From the NCBI RefSeq assembly GCF_009914755.1, contig NC_060933.1: a stretch of DNA of 64,000 nucleotides, one strand, 5' to 3'. Below the pieces are notes generated by a model that was not told the DNA's origin, searched no databases, and saw only the letters and a list, made by a program, of their open reading frames with translations. Positions 1-11,696 of this stretch are shown piece after piece. This DNA is from the human T2T-CHM13v2.0 reference genome, Homo sapiens. A program made the position numbers and the translations under genes. Each line of letters starts with the position of its first letter. Within the stretch, counting starts at the first letter, position 1.

Positions 1-1650
1 ATCCAGGGCTCTTGGGTCTCTCTTTGGCAGGGAATCAGGAGCCCTGGAGACATGGGAGTTCTCTCCTGCTTCCTTGGTGTGAGGAAGTACGTCCTCAGCC
101 TGCTCTTCTCTCCTTGGGGACACTTGGCCCTGCCTTCTGGTGCCCACTTGGAAAGCCAGCTGGGGGCTGTGACGTTTGTTGACACCCTCCCACCACCTGT
201 GCTCTCTGGGCTGGCCTCTGGGGGTGCAGGCTGGGGGGATGAGCCACCCCAGGTACAGGGTCCCCTTCTGGAGGGGGGAGGAGGGGCTGGGGCTGCTGGT
301 GTGGCTGGGAGGGGCAGGCCCATAACTGGGAGGTTCTGGGGCTTGAGGAAGAATCCCAACTTTTACTTTTGAAACAAGAGCAAACAGCAAATTGAGCTCT
401 CCCGGCTGTGGAGGAGGTGGGCTTGTTTTCTTCGGTGGATTTCCTGGAGTCCTTCTCAGGGGTATCCCTGGTGTGCAGAGGTGGGATCTCTGATGGCCCA
501 TGGTTGTAGGAGGCCTTGGGCCAGCATACTGGAGAGTGGGAAGGCAGGTGGTCTGGGAAGGTGGTGAGTGCACATGTGTGCATGTGTGTGCACGGCCCCA
601 TGCATGTACACCGCACGTGTATGCACATTAAGCTGGTGTCCCGTCATGTGGCCCGGCCACAGGCATCCTTCACTTTGAGCAAACCGTCACTTACTTTCAA
701 AGGCGTGTTCATTGCCCAGTGGTGCCCCAGCAGCTTCCACGGCCCCACGAGTCCACGAGCCCCTGTACCTCCAACACTGCTTCTCCCCACAGCTAGCGGG
801 GAGGACGTTGGCAGCTTTTCTGCCTCCTCCTGCTTTCCCCAGGGTGGCAGGGCAGAGGTGCCCTTGGGGTGGGGGTGCCAGGCCCTGGCAGGCAGGAGAG
901 GGAACTGCTGTCTCCTCATGCTACCCATGGGCCTGGTTGGCCTCCAGGCCTGGGATGTCCCGTTGGGGCCGTGCCTGTTGGGTGTGTACCTGACTTCAGG
1001 CTGAGAATCTGGTGGGACTCCAGCAGCCGTACTCATCCACGAGCCCTGCTGGCGGTGAGCTCGGACAGCCTGGCTGCATTTGGGGAACGTGTCCCCAAGG
1101 CTGGTGGTGATGGGACTGTGGGTGGATGAGAGCTAAGGGTGCCTGGTAGCTGTTCACTGCGGATGGAGGGGGCCACAAGCTCCTGGGGAAAGGGGGCAGA
1201 GGCAAAGACGGAGCCTAGACTTCACTGTTGCCACCATAAAATAACACTTAGGTCCATGCCTGGGAAAGCCTAGAGGTGCATTCCAGCCTTTGTGTCTCTT
1301 CTGACGGATGGGATGGGGTGCCTGGGTCCCAGCAGGCACCAGCAGGGAAGGTGGGTTGGTGGATTGGTGATGTCTGCAAGGAGGGCTGTGGGGCACTTCT
1401 GCGTGCCGAGTGCTCCCATCCTGGCCCTGCGGTCTCTGCGGCTAATCTAATGTCTCCCTTCTACCGGGAGCTTAGTACCGCAGCTGCGTGTGTTTTCACT
1501 GTGACTTCTGCAGAATTTTCTGCCCATACTGCTGGCTCTTCTGGGTCCCCCTCCTTGGACAGTGTTGGCGTGAGGAGGTGGTCGGTGCGTGTGTGGTGGT
1601 GGAACGAATGAACTCACCCGGGTTGGAGCCAGCCCCACACTGCCGTGGCT

Positions 1651-1820
1651 TAGTGGGTCTCACCTGGGCTGCCCATCAGGCACTATTGAAGATGAGGAGC
1701 TTTTAAGATTCCTGGTACCCAGGCCACACCCCAGACCCATCAGATCGGCAGCCGTGGGGGTGGTGCCTGGGCACCAGGGCTCCCTGGTGATTCTGTTGTG
1801 CCCCAGGGTGAGCCCTGCTG
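1651..1820. mobile_element. MER5A-like hAT-Charlie DNA transposon fossil
   Basis: Resembles the MER5A consensus: agtgggtctca...gagcttttaaga...cccaggccacaccccagacc...gggggtggtgcctgggcacc...ctccctggtgattct...cagggtgagccctgctg. Confidence 0.7.
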
Positions 1821-4800
1821 GTGGAGATGGCCTGGGCCGGGCATTCCCAGGGTTCCTCCTGCAGCTGTGCTGTGCACTGGCCTTCGCTGTAAGACTGAAA
1901 TGTTCAGAGGCCGTGTTGTTGCTCGAAGTCTCAGATCTGGGCCAAACCTGCCTCCGCTGTCTTTGGCCCTCCAGGCTCCCCAGGCTGCAATTGTCCTCGT
2001 CCTGGATTTGCCTCTCCCCGTCCCATAGGCCTGTGCACTCCCAGTCCCCTAAGAGCCAGTGGAGCTGGCTTAGGGATGGAGGGACTGAGAAGCCACTGGG
2101 AAGCCGTGGTTGGGAGTCAGGGAGCCTGTCCTGGAGTTCTGGGGTGTCTGGAGCAGAGGGGCTCTGGGAGACTGCATGAGCAGGGCCTCTGGTCTAGAAG
2201 TGGTCAGGACCATGATCCCAGGAGGCATATACATCCCATCTCCTGCAGGGATGCGGTGGCTCAGCTCCAATTCTGCCCACGTTGGCTTTTGGGGTTCAAG
2301 GTGGGGCTGGGGCTGGGCCACCCCATCTCTGCAGGCACATCTCTGCTGGCGTTTGTCCTCACCTGTGGGAAATGCAGGCCCAGTTGTCAGAAGCTGTGCT
2401 GTGGGTGCCAGGTGTATGAGAAGTACCTAGTGTGCCTGGGCCCGGCATGGGCATCTCTGTGTCTCTTTGCGCTCCCCGGCCAGGCCAGGCACTGTTAACT
2501 GAACAGCAAACAGTAAAAAGCAGCCTGACCCTTGGACAGATCCCCCGACTCCTTCCCAGCTTCAGTTTCCTGATATGCTGGTCTCCGAAAAGCTGGGAGG
2601 GTGAACAGAGATGAAGCTGACAGAGCTCACCTGCAGCTCAGTCAGCGCCGGGAACTGCTAGTTGTTATTTTTGGTTACTTTTTCCTTGCCTGGGCTTCAC
2701 TTCTCAGGGTGGGTTGGGAGGGAGAGGCAGTGGCTCAGAATTACAGTGGAGGGGTGGGGCAGTAGAGTCCGGCAGGGAGGGGCACCACTGTCCACAGACA
2801 GGTTTTCAAAGCTGCCCTCTGCAGCCAGGCTGAGGACCCAGAGGCCGGGGAGCTGTGTGCACCCCCGCTGGGTGGGGGAGGTCCTGGGCCTGCTCCTCTG
2901 GAGTGTTCAGCTTGGAACGCAGCCTTGCCACACGTTGGAGGCAGGTAGGGACCTGGCCCGTTGTGCAACCTGCAGCTGTGCAGGAGAATTCCTCCCAGGG
3001 CCCTGGGCTCACCCTGCCCTGGAGTCTGCATTTTTCGGAAAGCTCCGCAGGTACCCTCTCAGTGGGTCAGAGGCTTTGAGGAGGTCAGGGTCTGCGCCCA
3101 GGTGTCAGACAAGCCCTGGGGGAGGGCAGCTGAGGGGGTGGGGGGCAGCTCCCTGCCCTCGGGATGGCCGCTGGGCCCAGACTGCCAAGAGTAGCGGCAG
3201 GGAGGTGCTTCCACGACGCCCTCACTGTGGGATCTGGCTTGGGCCTGTCTCAGGCCAGGCCTCCTTTCCCTGGTGACCTGGAAAAGCATGGACTCTGCTG
3301 GCATGTCCTTCCCTCCTGCCCCTGCCAGGTGGAGCAGGGTGGGGCCTTTGGGGAAGCTGCCTCACCCTCACCTGGCTTCCTTGCCCCAGCCCTGCAAGGG
3401 AGGGGAACTGTGTCAGGCTCTCGTAGGTGACTCTCCCTGGGGGAGTTCTGGGGCCTTGGGTAGGTCACCTCATCAACCTCAGCCTTGCTCTCCTCATTGG
3501 TAAAAAGCGGGGAAGAGTTTCTACCTTGGATTTTGGTAAGGGGGAGCCATTGTTTAGCTCCCACCGGGAACACACCTGGGATGGCCTTGGGCTGGGGATT
3601 GCATGCTGGCCGGGCCGGGGAGCCAGGAGTTGCTGCCTGTGCTCCTGCAATGCCCACCAGGGCTTTCGGGGTATATAGAGCAGCACGGTCTGCGGGATGG
3701 AGGCCCTTCCTGCTGACACAGGAGGCTGGGGAAGGTCCGTGGCTGGAGAAGGTCCGTGCCTTGCCCAGAAGTGTGTCTTATCACCAAGAGATGGCCCGGT
3801 GCACTGAGCACCTACTGTATGCTAGCACTGCGGTGGCCGTCCTGCTCAGCGGCTCTTGGATTAGCCATCCTTGGCTGCCTGCAGGGGAGGACGAGTGTTC
3901 TCACCGTTGTCCTGCTATGGAGGGGAAGGTGACAAGCTTCTCTGGTGGCACCTGTGCCTCAAAGTGTTGGGAAAGGGTGGTTTTCCCAGGTGGGGGCCCC
4001 TGCCCTGCCCCAGCCTCACCCTGCCTGAGGCCCTGCTCAGCCACCACCCTCGATGGCCCTGGTAGAAAGTGTCTCCCGACACCTCCGCACCCTGCCTGTC
4101 TCCCAGCCTCAGCAGCCCTGGAGGTGGCCCAAGGCCCATGCCCATGCCCAGTGCTGGGCACCCCCAGGAAGCTCAGAGGCCCCCAGGCAGAGCCGGGGAG
4201 GCGTGAAGGCATAGCCAGGGCAGAAGCAGAACAAAAGAAAAGAAAAAAATCCACCCCCAAACCCACCCAGCCCACACCCTGAATCTCCTTATCTGTGTCT
4301 CCGCAGCCTGTTGCAATTGCCTGCTCTGAGTGGGTTGAGAAATTCGATGGAGCAGATAGTTGCCCAGGCACTGAGGCGTCTAGGGCGGTTGGACAGGTTT
4401 GGCTCCTGCCCCGGGTGGAGGGCCCTTCTCCAGAGCCCGGAGCAGAAACCTGGCCAGAGTTCGCTGCTGAGCGGGCTGCAGCCTCCCGCATCCTCACCTG
4501 GGCTCCCTGCAGGTTACTGGGAAAAGGGGACTTTCAGGGCCAGGGGCAGGGGATTGCACAGAGCTGATTCGCACCTTGGCCCCTCTGCTGTAGCCGCGTG
4601 AAGTCAGGCGCTTTGTGGGCCTCAGATTTCTCGCCTGTGCAGGGGGTTGGGGGATGTGGAGTTGGTGAGGTCCGTATGTCTACGAGGACTGTCCACGCCA
4701 CGAGCACAGTGGGGGAGTCGTGGGTGGAGGGTGGGAGACCCCCAGACCTGAGTCAGCCCCTCAGAGAGCCTTGGCCCTGGGTTCGAGGCCAAGGGTTCGG

Positions 4801-5554
4801 CTGTGGTTTGTGCAGTCCCAAGCAGAAAGGCGAGGTCTTTGCTAGGGAATGCCCTGCTTAACCAGTCAGATATGTTACCCAGAACCTTCCAGAACACAAA
4901 CATGCACCAGAGGTAAGCAGAATTGGCCACCCTCGGGGCAGAGCACCCGGGAAATTACGTGTTCTTAGAAAATTATGTGTAAATCACGGTTTCTTCATAA
5001 GTTTGTTTATTGGTTTTTCCCTGGCAACCTTCACACTGTCTGATCCTAGGGTGAGGCCATGGGGGCAGTCTACAGCGGACCCTGTGGGCAAGGGGAGGAG
5101 CCACAGCAGAGGAGGAGGAGGAGGAGGAGGGCAGCATCCCGCCTGGGGCCTGGGGTGCCCCCACAGAACACGGGGACATGGGATGAGAGGCGTACCCACT
5201 GTGCTCCCCGACATCCCTGCTGCTCGCTGGCCCGAGGGCTGGCTCCTGCAGCACCATCTCCACGGGAGGCCGTGGGCCGCTTCCAAGAGGGCTGCTGCTG
5301 GGTGTGCCACCCAGGCCCCGGCCACCTGCCGAGGACGGAGCCAGGCGTGAGCCCGTGCAGGACAGAGTGGAAACACCGAGTTCTGCCTGCACAGTCCTTG
5401 GGCCCTTGCTGGAGGGCTCTGGCTCACGAGCCAGGAGATGGGCACCAGTCCTGTTAGGCCGCCACCATCCACTTTCCTCCGGCAGCAGGCAGGCAGGCAG
5501 GCAGGCAGGAGCCACAGCTCAGGGCCAACAGGCCTCCCTCAGCCTGGGTAGGGT

Positions 5555-5740
5555 GGAGCTGGAGGGAGGGCTTCCTGGGGGAGGTAACAGGGAACATATG
5601 GGGAACAGCATATGCAAAGGCCCAGAGCTGGGAGAGTTCCGGGGCCTGTAATGGGGAGGTCAGTAGCTGAGCCTGTGCAGTCCTCAGAGGCCTTGTGCAG
5701 GGTCTGGACTTGGCCCTGTGGGTGCCACCCAGGAACTGAC
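5555..5740 (-). mobile_element. L2 LINE fragment
   Basis: gggcttcctgggggaggtaaca...gggaacagcatatgcaaaggcccagag, an antisense L2 motif set. Confidence 0.55.
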
Positions 5741-8700
5741 AAGGTCTTGTTCCAGAGACTTCCCCAGAGGTCTGGGACCTGCTTTCCAGGCTCCTGTTTG
5801 GATGCTGTTCCAGCCCAGCAGCACTGCCCTAGGCCCTGCCCTCCCCTCCCCGCCCCTCCCTGGTCGTCTGCAGGACTGGGCAGAGCCCCTGGACCCTGCC
5901 TGAGACAAGCAGTTTCCAGGGCAGGCCTGGGCCCCGGCTGGGGTCTCAATGGGGTGTGCTGGCTTTGGGAACGTTGGCAGGTCTGAGCCTGGCCTATGTA
6001 AGTGCTGCTTGCTCATGTGGGTGGTGAGGGCTGTGGGCAGAGGGCCAGGAGTCCCCGGGGCCTGCTGCTGGGCTCAGGGGAAGGGCAGGCGGAGCTCTGG
6101 GGCCAACAGCCCCACGTGGCAGGGGATTTTCATTAAGCGTTGCGCCCACTCCTACCCCATGCCCAGTTCTGGAAGGCTCAACAGGGTCCAGGGAGCATTC
6201 ATGGAACAGCTGCTGGGGGCTGCCGTGTGGGAGAGGCCGAGAGGAAGGCCAGGGTGTAGCCAGGGGCGGAGGAAGCTTCCAGACCTGCTGTCTATAAAAT
6301 TGAGGAAGGCAGAGGTGTTCTTCCTGCTTTTGGGGTCCCCTGCTCACATCTGAGGGCACGGAGAGTGAGATATAAAGAACACTCACTCCACTGAATAGCT
6401 GGGGAAATTGAGGCAGAGCCAGGGCCACCTGCCTTTGGGGTCCTCAGGCGTTGGCTGTGAGATGGGTGTGCTGCTGCCGCCGGCGGCTCTGAAGTGGGCT
6501 TCGAAAGCTTTGGAGGCCCCGGAGATAATTATCTGGCAATAACGAGCTAATTAATGGCTGCAGGTGTGCCCCAGCCCACCTCCCCTCCCTTCCCAGGCTC
6601 CATTCTGCCTCGTGCCTCCCACCCTTCCTCATCCTCTCCACCGGGTGCGCCCTCACCTCGGTGTGAACATCAATTCCATAAGTCATCGCATTATTCCTGG
6701 GGCACTGTGGCTTTGCCTGCTTGGAGGGTGAGGGTGCCCGCCTGGGGAGGGCTGGAAGGGGCTACCTTGACCTCCGGGGAGGGGTGTGACCTACCCCCTG
6801 CGGATCAGCCACCTGCATTGTTTTCCCTCCCTCCCTCCCTCTGCTGGATAAATAGCACACACAGGCTGAGGGCAGGGGAAGCGTGGCCCTGGAGCCACGT
6901 GTGGCCCTGGCGGGGTGGGGAGGTGACACGCAGCCCCGCCCCTCCCAGCAAGGATGTGGCCTGTCTGTCCTGGAAGGTCCTGGGTAGGCTCTGGGCCCTG
7001 GTCCCAGCCCGTTTCCCCCAGGGGCTTTGCTCCCGAGATTGTCCTGCCATGCTGGGCAGCCTGGTGGCTCTGGGTGGGCCTGGCCTGTGAGGGGATGGGG
7101 CCCTGGCAGCAGAGGCCTTTCCTTGCCCCACCTAGGAACAGGGAAGCTTCTGGAGCCGCGGGGGTCCCTGGGCTAGGGGTGTGTAGGACCGGGCGGGGAA
7201 TGGAGCGGTAACCGGAGGGTGGAGGTGTGGCGTGCCCAGTGGGCCCACCCGGCACAGATGCCACCATGCTTTCGAGGCCGCTGAGGGGCCCCAGGGCTTT
7301 ACCTAAGGCCCCCGCGATTGCTCTGTCCTGCCTGGGGTGGGCCAGGATCCCTGGGCAGGGCCTGGAAGCTGCCACCTGTCCTCAGTAGCCTCGGTGGGGG
7401 GCACTGGGCTGGGTGTCTGCCTTCCCTGGAGGCTGCACTGCCTGAGCCGGTGACAGGCTGCGGACTGGCCTGTCGGGCGGCAGGGCAGAGCGAGCAGGAA
7501 GCGCTGGTTCCTTCTCCATTTCCACCCCGCTGGTCACGGGAGCCTGCCGTGCCCAGGCCTGGGCTTGCCGACGCCTGGAGTTCTGGGTTCGAGCTCTGGC
7601 TCTGTTGTGGCTGCAGGCGAGGCCCATCCTTCCCCTGGTCCCGCCGCCTGCAGCCTCCGTTTCCCTTTCTGAAGGACTGGTATCAGGAGACAGTGTGGGC
7701 AGCCAGTGCCCGCCGTGCCAGCGCCCCTTCCGGCGCACTTGTGTGCAGGTCGCTCGCGGTTACCTGCCGCTTGCTGGTCTGCGGGAGGCTCTTTTGAAAG
7801 TGGCGCCCTTTGGCTGCTCAGCCTGGCGTTGCATGGGGGACATGGTGGCCACAGGGCCTTCGTGTATTGGGGGTGAATCCAGGACCTGGGACCACAGAGA
7901 GAGGAGTTCTGGCTAGAATCTCCTGGAATAAAGAGCCCCCTTACAATTCCTGGGACTCATTGGATTGAGGGACTGCCCCCAGGCAGGCTGAAGCTGGGGA
8001 CCCCGAGGCCTGCCAGTGGGTAGTGGAGAAGCCTGCTGGGGGGATGCTAGAGCCCTGGGCTCCCTGCAGGGGCTCTGAGCCCGATGCAGGGCGAGGGTTC
8101 CGTTGGCCCTCAGAATTGCGGGTGACTCCTGTCTTTTCCCCTGGCTTGGGGTTCAGTAATCCAGGAGGCCTGGAGAGCTTTTGGTGTGCTGCCCACCTCG
8201 GAGCCCGGATGTGGCGAGTGCTGCCTCACCCCGGCCCTGCCAGGCATCTTATCTGATGGGCAGGAGCTGGCCCTTCGCTGTCAGACTGGACTGGCGCACG
8301 TGCCCTGCCATCTGACTCATCCAATTAATGCCGTGATCATTTTGCTAATTCCCTCAGCTAACTGATTCTGGAACCTTTTCCGGTTGGGCACTGGGTCTCG
8401 GAGCTGGGAGGGAACCTGGAGACCCTTTTCAATGTCCTCATTTCACTGAGGGGTAAACTGAGGCCTCCCAGGAAGCACAGCCCTGCCTGCCATGCCTCCT
8501 CCCAGGCCCTCCCCTGAGCCCCCAAGCCGTTCTGTACTGAGGGCCTGCTGTGTGCCCGGCCCCTGGGCATCTCCTGTGGGGAGGCCCCTTCCAAGGGTCT
8601 GCCTTGCCTACCTGGTGCCGACCCTGTCGTTTCTCTTTGTCTCCCGGCTGGGTGGCTGGGACAGGGATGGTGGTGGTGGGAAGGTGCGGGTGACAGATGA

Positions 8701-9679
8701 GGCCATGGGCACTGAGGTGTTGCGTCTCCTGAGACTAAATGCCTCCAACGTGCGTGATTCATCAGGGCCTTCCACACCGTCAGTGGCCGTCGCCCGTCAT
8801 TTGCTGGTAATGAGCTTTTTCATACTGTAATTTGTGTCTCCTAATTGCCGAACAAGCACCTAATGGCTCTGATTAACATCGGAGGGACTCTGAGCTTCCG
8901 TGTTTGGGAGCAGGCCTGTGGCTTCCAGGACTGCCTGCCACCTGCCTGTGTGACTGGGGGAGGCAGAATGTTCCGGAACAGGGGCTCAGGGCCTGAGCAC
9001 GGTGGGTCTCCTTCTGGTCTGACCCAGGTAGGGGTTTCAGTGCTGGTCCTCAGGGTCCCCATCTGTAGAATGGGGACAGCAGTGTGTTCATGCCCTGGGG
9101 GGCCAGGGTGTGCACATAGCTCCGGCTGCGCTGGGTTTCTGATGCCGCCGGGCTCCGGTCCTCCCCTCCTGCTGGGCTTGGCAGGGCTGCCATTGGTGGG
9201 AGGAGCCCCAATCTGTCTCCCAGCCTGGAGCTGCCCCCTGGCTTGGCACTGCCCTCTGTGCCTCTGTGCTCTCCCTGGACTGCCTGCTGGCTCTGCCCGC
9301 CCTGGGCCTTCTGTGCGGGTTGGGAGGGGATGGGCTCAGAGGAGTGAGCGGCACTTGTCCAGGGCCCAGTGCGTGGCCGCTGCTCATGGCAGCCTCTGCC
9401 TAGAGCCCTCAGTGGCTCCCCTGTGCCCCTGGGGTAGCTCCCAGCAAGCCTTGACCCTGAACCCCCTCCCTGCCTGGTCGCCCCTCCTTCGAAGACTCTT
9501 GCTCATCCCCCAAGTCCCATCTCTCCCTGGGGTGGCAGGGGCATCTCTTAGGCCCGCCTCGCTGGGTGCCCCTGCAGACACTCTGCAGCCCGCGTTTCTC
9601 CATTCATGCCACAAACTGTGTTTCCAGCGGCTTGTCCAAGGTTTGGCTTCCCCAGCTCCCGCCAGACCGTGAGCTTCAA

Positions 9680-9766
9680 GGGGGCAGGAGCCGAGTCTGC
9701 CTCGTGGTCACAGCATGGTGCTGGCATGGCACAGGCCTTCATGGGTTTCATGGAGTGAATAAATGA
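9680..9766 (+). mobile_element. L2 3' terminus
   Basis: ...tggcacagg...gagtgaataaatga resembles the L2 (TGAA)n tail. Confidence 0.4.
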
Positions 9767-10940
9767 TGGTGTTCCAGGGAGCAGAGCCTACTCCTGGGAG
9801 CTGGGCATGGGCTGGGCACGGGGCTGACGGTTAAGTCGTGGATTCCTTCACACCTACAGACACACACTGCCGTCTTAGCTGGTGAGGCCCAGCAAGGCCC
9901 CCACGAGTGTACCCAGCTCTGCCCGCCCCACTTTCTGTCGGCCCCTCATGTGGTCCCGGTCAGCTCCCAGCTGGAGTGAACACTTGGCTGGTGGCGCTTA
10001 GAGGAGGGGGCCCACTTGGACGGGGATCCTGCCTGTGTGTGCCCCCATGCCCGGGTCTGCACCAGCCTCACTCCCACAGCGTTGTCCCCAGCCTGATGTG
10101 CCCGCTGTCAGCAGCCACCTCGGCTCCATTTGGAGACCTGAGCTCTGGGTCTGGGCAAATCCTTGCTCTTGTTAATTTGGGGAGAGTGTGGACGGTTGCA
10201 AAACAGGACCCCTTTCTCTTGCCCCTTCTCCCAGACAGAAGCTAGGAAGTGAGCCTAGGGCACCAAGTTCAGTAAGTTCACTTTCCCCGGGGGCTGTTGG
10301 GTGCCATGTTCTCCCTGTGCCATGTGCCCTGTGCCTGTTGGATGCCACGTTCTCCCCATGGGGACCTTTTGGGAGTCGTCATTAGTGATGGAAGTAACCC
10401 AAGTCATGGCCACGGGCGAGGGGGTGGGGGCCTCGTTGCTCTGTCCTCTCCCAGTCCAGCATGTGGCAGGGCCGTCGGGCCTCAGAGGTGTCCCCTCACT
10501 CAGGGAGCCTGGCGGTGGGCCCTGTCCACCCACCCCATTTTCCTGAGCAGCGGGAGGTGGGAAGGCATCCGTTTAGGGAGTCAGCTAATTTCATACCTCT
10601 CTGGTTTCTCATCTAAAGCCCAGCCCTCATGGGCCTGGTGTGGCACCACAAGCCCAGGCTCCTGGGTACCGTGCCCCTCCTCTGCAGGGCAGTGTGTCTG
10701 TGGGGCAGTTTGCTTCTGTCCTGTTTCTGGGATGGGCCTACACTGCCCTCCAGGGAGGCCCCAAGGGGTGCAGGTGAGCAGGGTTGGCAACGGCAGCTTT
10801 GGGCAGGACGGGCACTGTGCCGCACCTGTGCGGCACCGGGTGTGGCTGGCACGGTTTGGCTGCTGTCTGCCTGAGCACTGCCTGTGCTGGCCAGTGCGTC
10901 TCCCAGTCCTTGGGACAGCCTTGTGGGAGGCCCAGGCCGC

Positions 10941-11008
10941 CCTGAGCATGGGGACCCCAGGGCCGGAGGTGCGACCTGAGCATGGGGATCCCGGGGCCGG
11001 AGGCGTGA
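10941..11008. repeat. Tandem duplication, 34 bp x 2
   Basis: cctgagcatgggga.ccc.gggccggagg.g.ga at 10941 and 10975. Confidence 0.85.
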
Positions 11009-11147
11009 CGTGGGTCTCCTCATCCCGACCTCAGCTCCAGACATGTCACCATCTCCCCCGGGTTTGGCATTTTTTGGGGAAAAGCCTCCCCTAAAAACTG
11101 TACAGCCAGAAAAAAGAAGAAGAGAAAGGGTTGTGCCAAGAGCCTTG

Positions 11148-11285
11148 TGGTGGGCATACTGGGTCCGTGCCGGGCTTCTCCTCTCCCAGTTGCCCCTCCT
11201 TCAGCCCATGTTTCCATGGTGGGCATACCGGGTCTGCACCAGGTTTCTCCTCTCCCAGCTGCCCCTCCTTCAGCCCATGTTTCCA
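11148..11285. repeat. Tandem duplication, 69 bp x 2
   Basis: tggtgggcatac...ttctcctctcccag.tgcccctccttcagcccatgtttcca at 11148 and 11217. Confidence 0.92.
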
Positions 11286-11678
11286 GACTCCTCCACAACC
11301 GTGATGTTGCCCATTTCTTTTCCCCCCAAATCTCCAGCCGCCTGAAGACACTTCCCACTCAGTGGGGTGAGGTCCACAGCGTCACGTGTAAGGTCCAGGC
11401 ATCAGGGATGAGGTGCAAAAGCCGTGCGGTGGGAGCTTGTGCTGGGGTGGGAGGGAGGTCTGGCAAACGCCCACTGCGTGGGCACCAGGGCACTGGTGGC
11501 TTCAGGGGGCTCCAAGCCCTGGCATATTAAATGGCCTCCACCCCAGCATTGATGGGCAGCTGACCCTCAGATGCCGACTCCAGGAAGGGCCTAGGGTCGG
11601 TGTCTTTGGGAACAATGTCAACAGCAGCCTTTGTGTGGGGGTCCGGCTGTCATGGGCTCTGTGTTTGGATGCTCCCAG

Positions 11679-11696
11679 CAGCCACCAGAGGGCAGC
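11679..11696 (+). promoter_or_regulatory. Candidate CTCF site
   Basis: CAGCCACCAGAGGGCAGC matches the CTCF core CCASYAGRKGGCRS. Motif match only. Confidence 0.4.

Noticed and set aside
568-628. Possible pre-miRNA-like hairpin (similar tract at about 61460-61505)
   Set aside because: The self-complementarity follows trivially from alternating purine-pyrimidine (TGCA/TGTG/CACA) low-complexity sequence.
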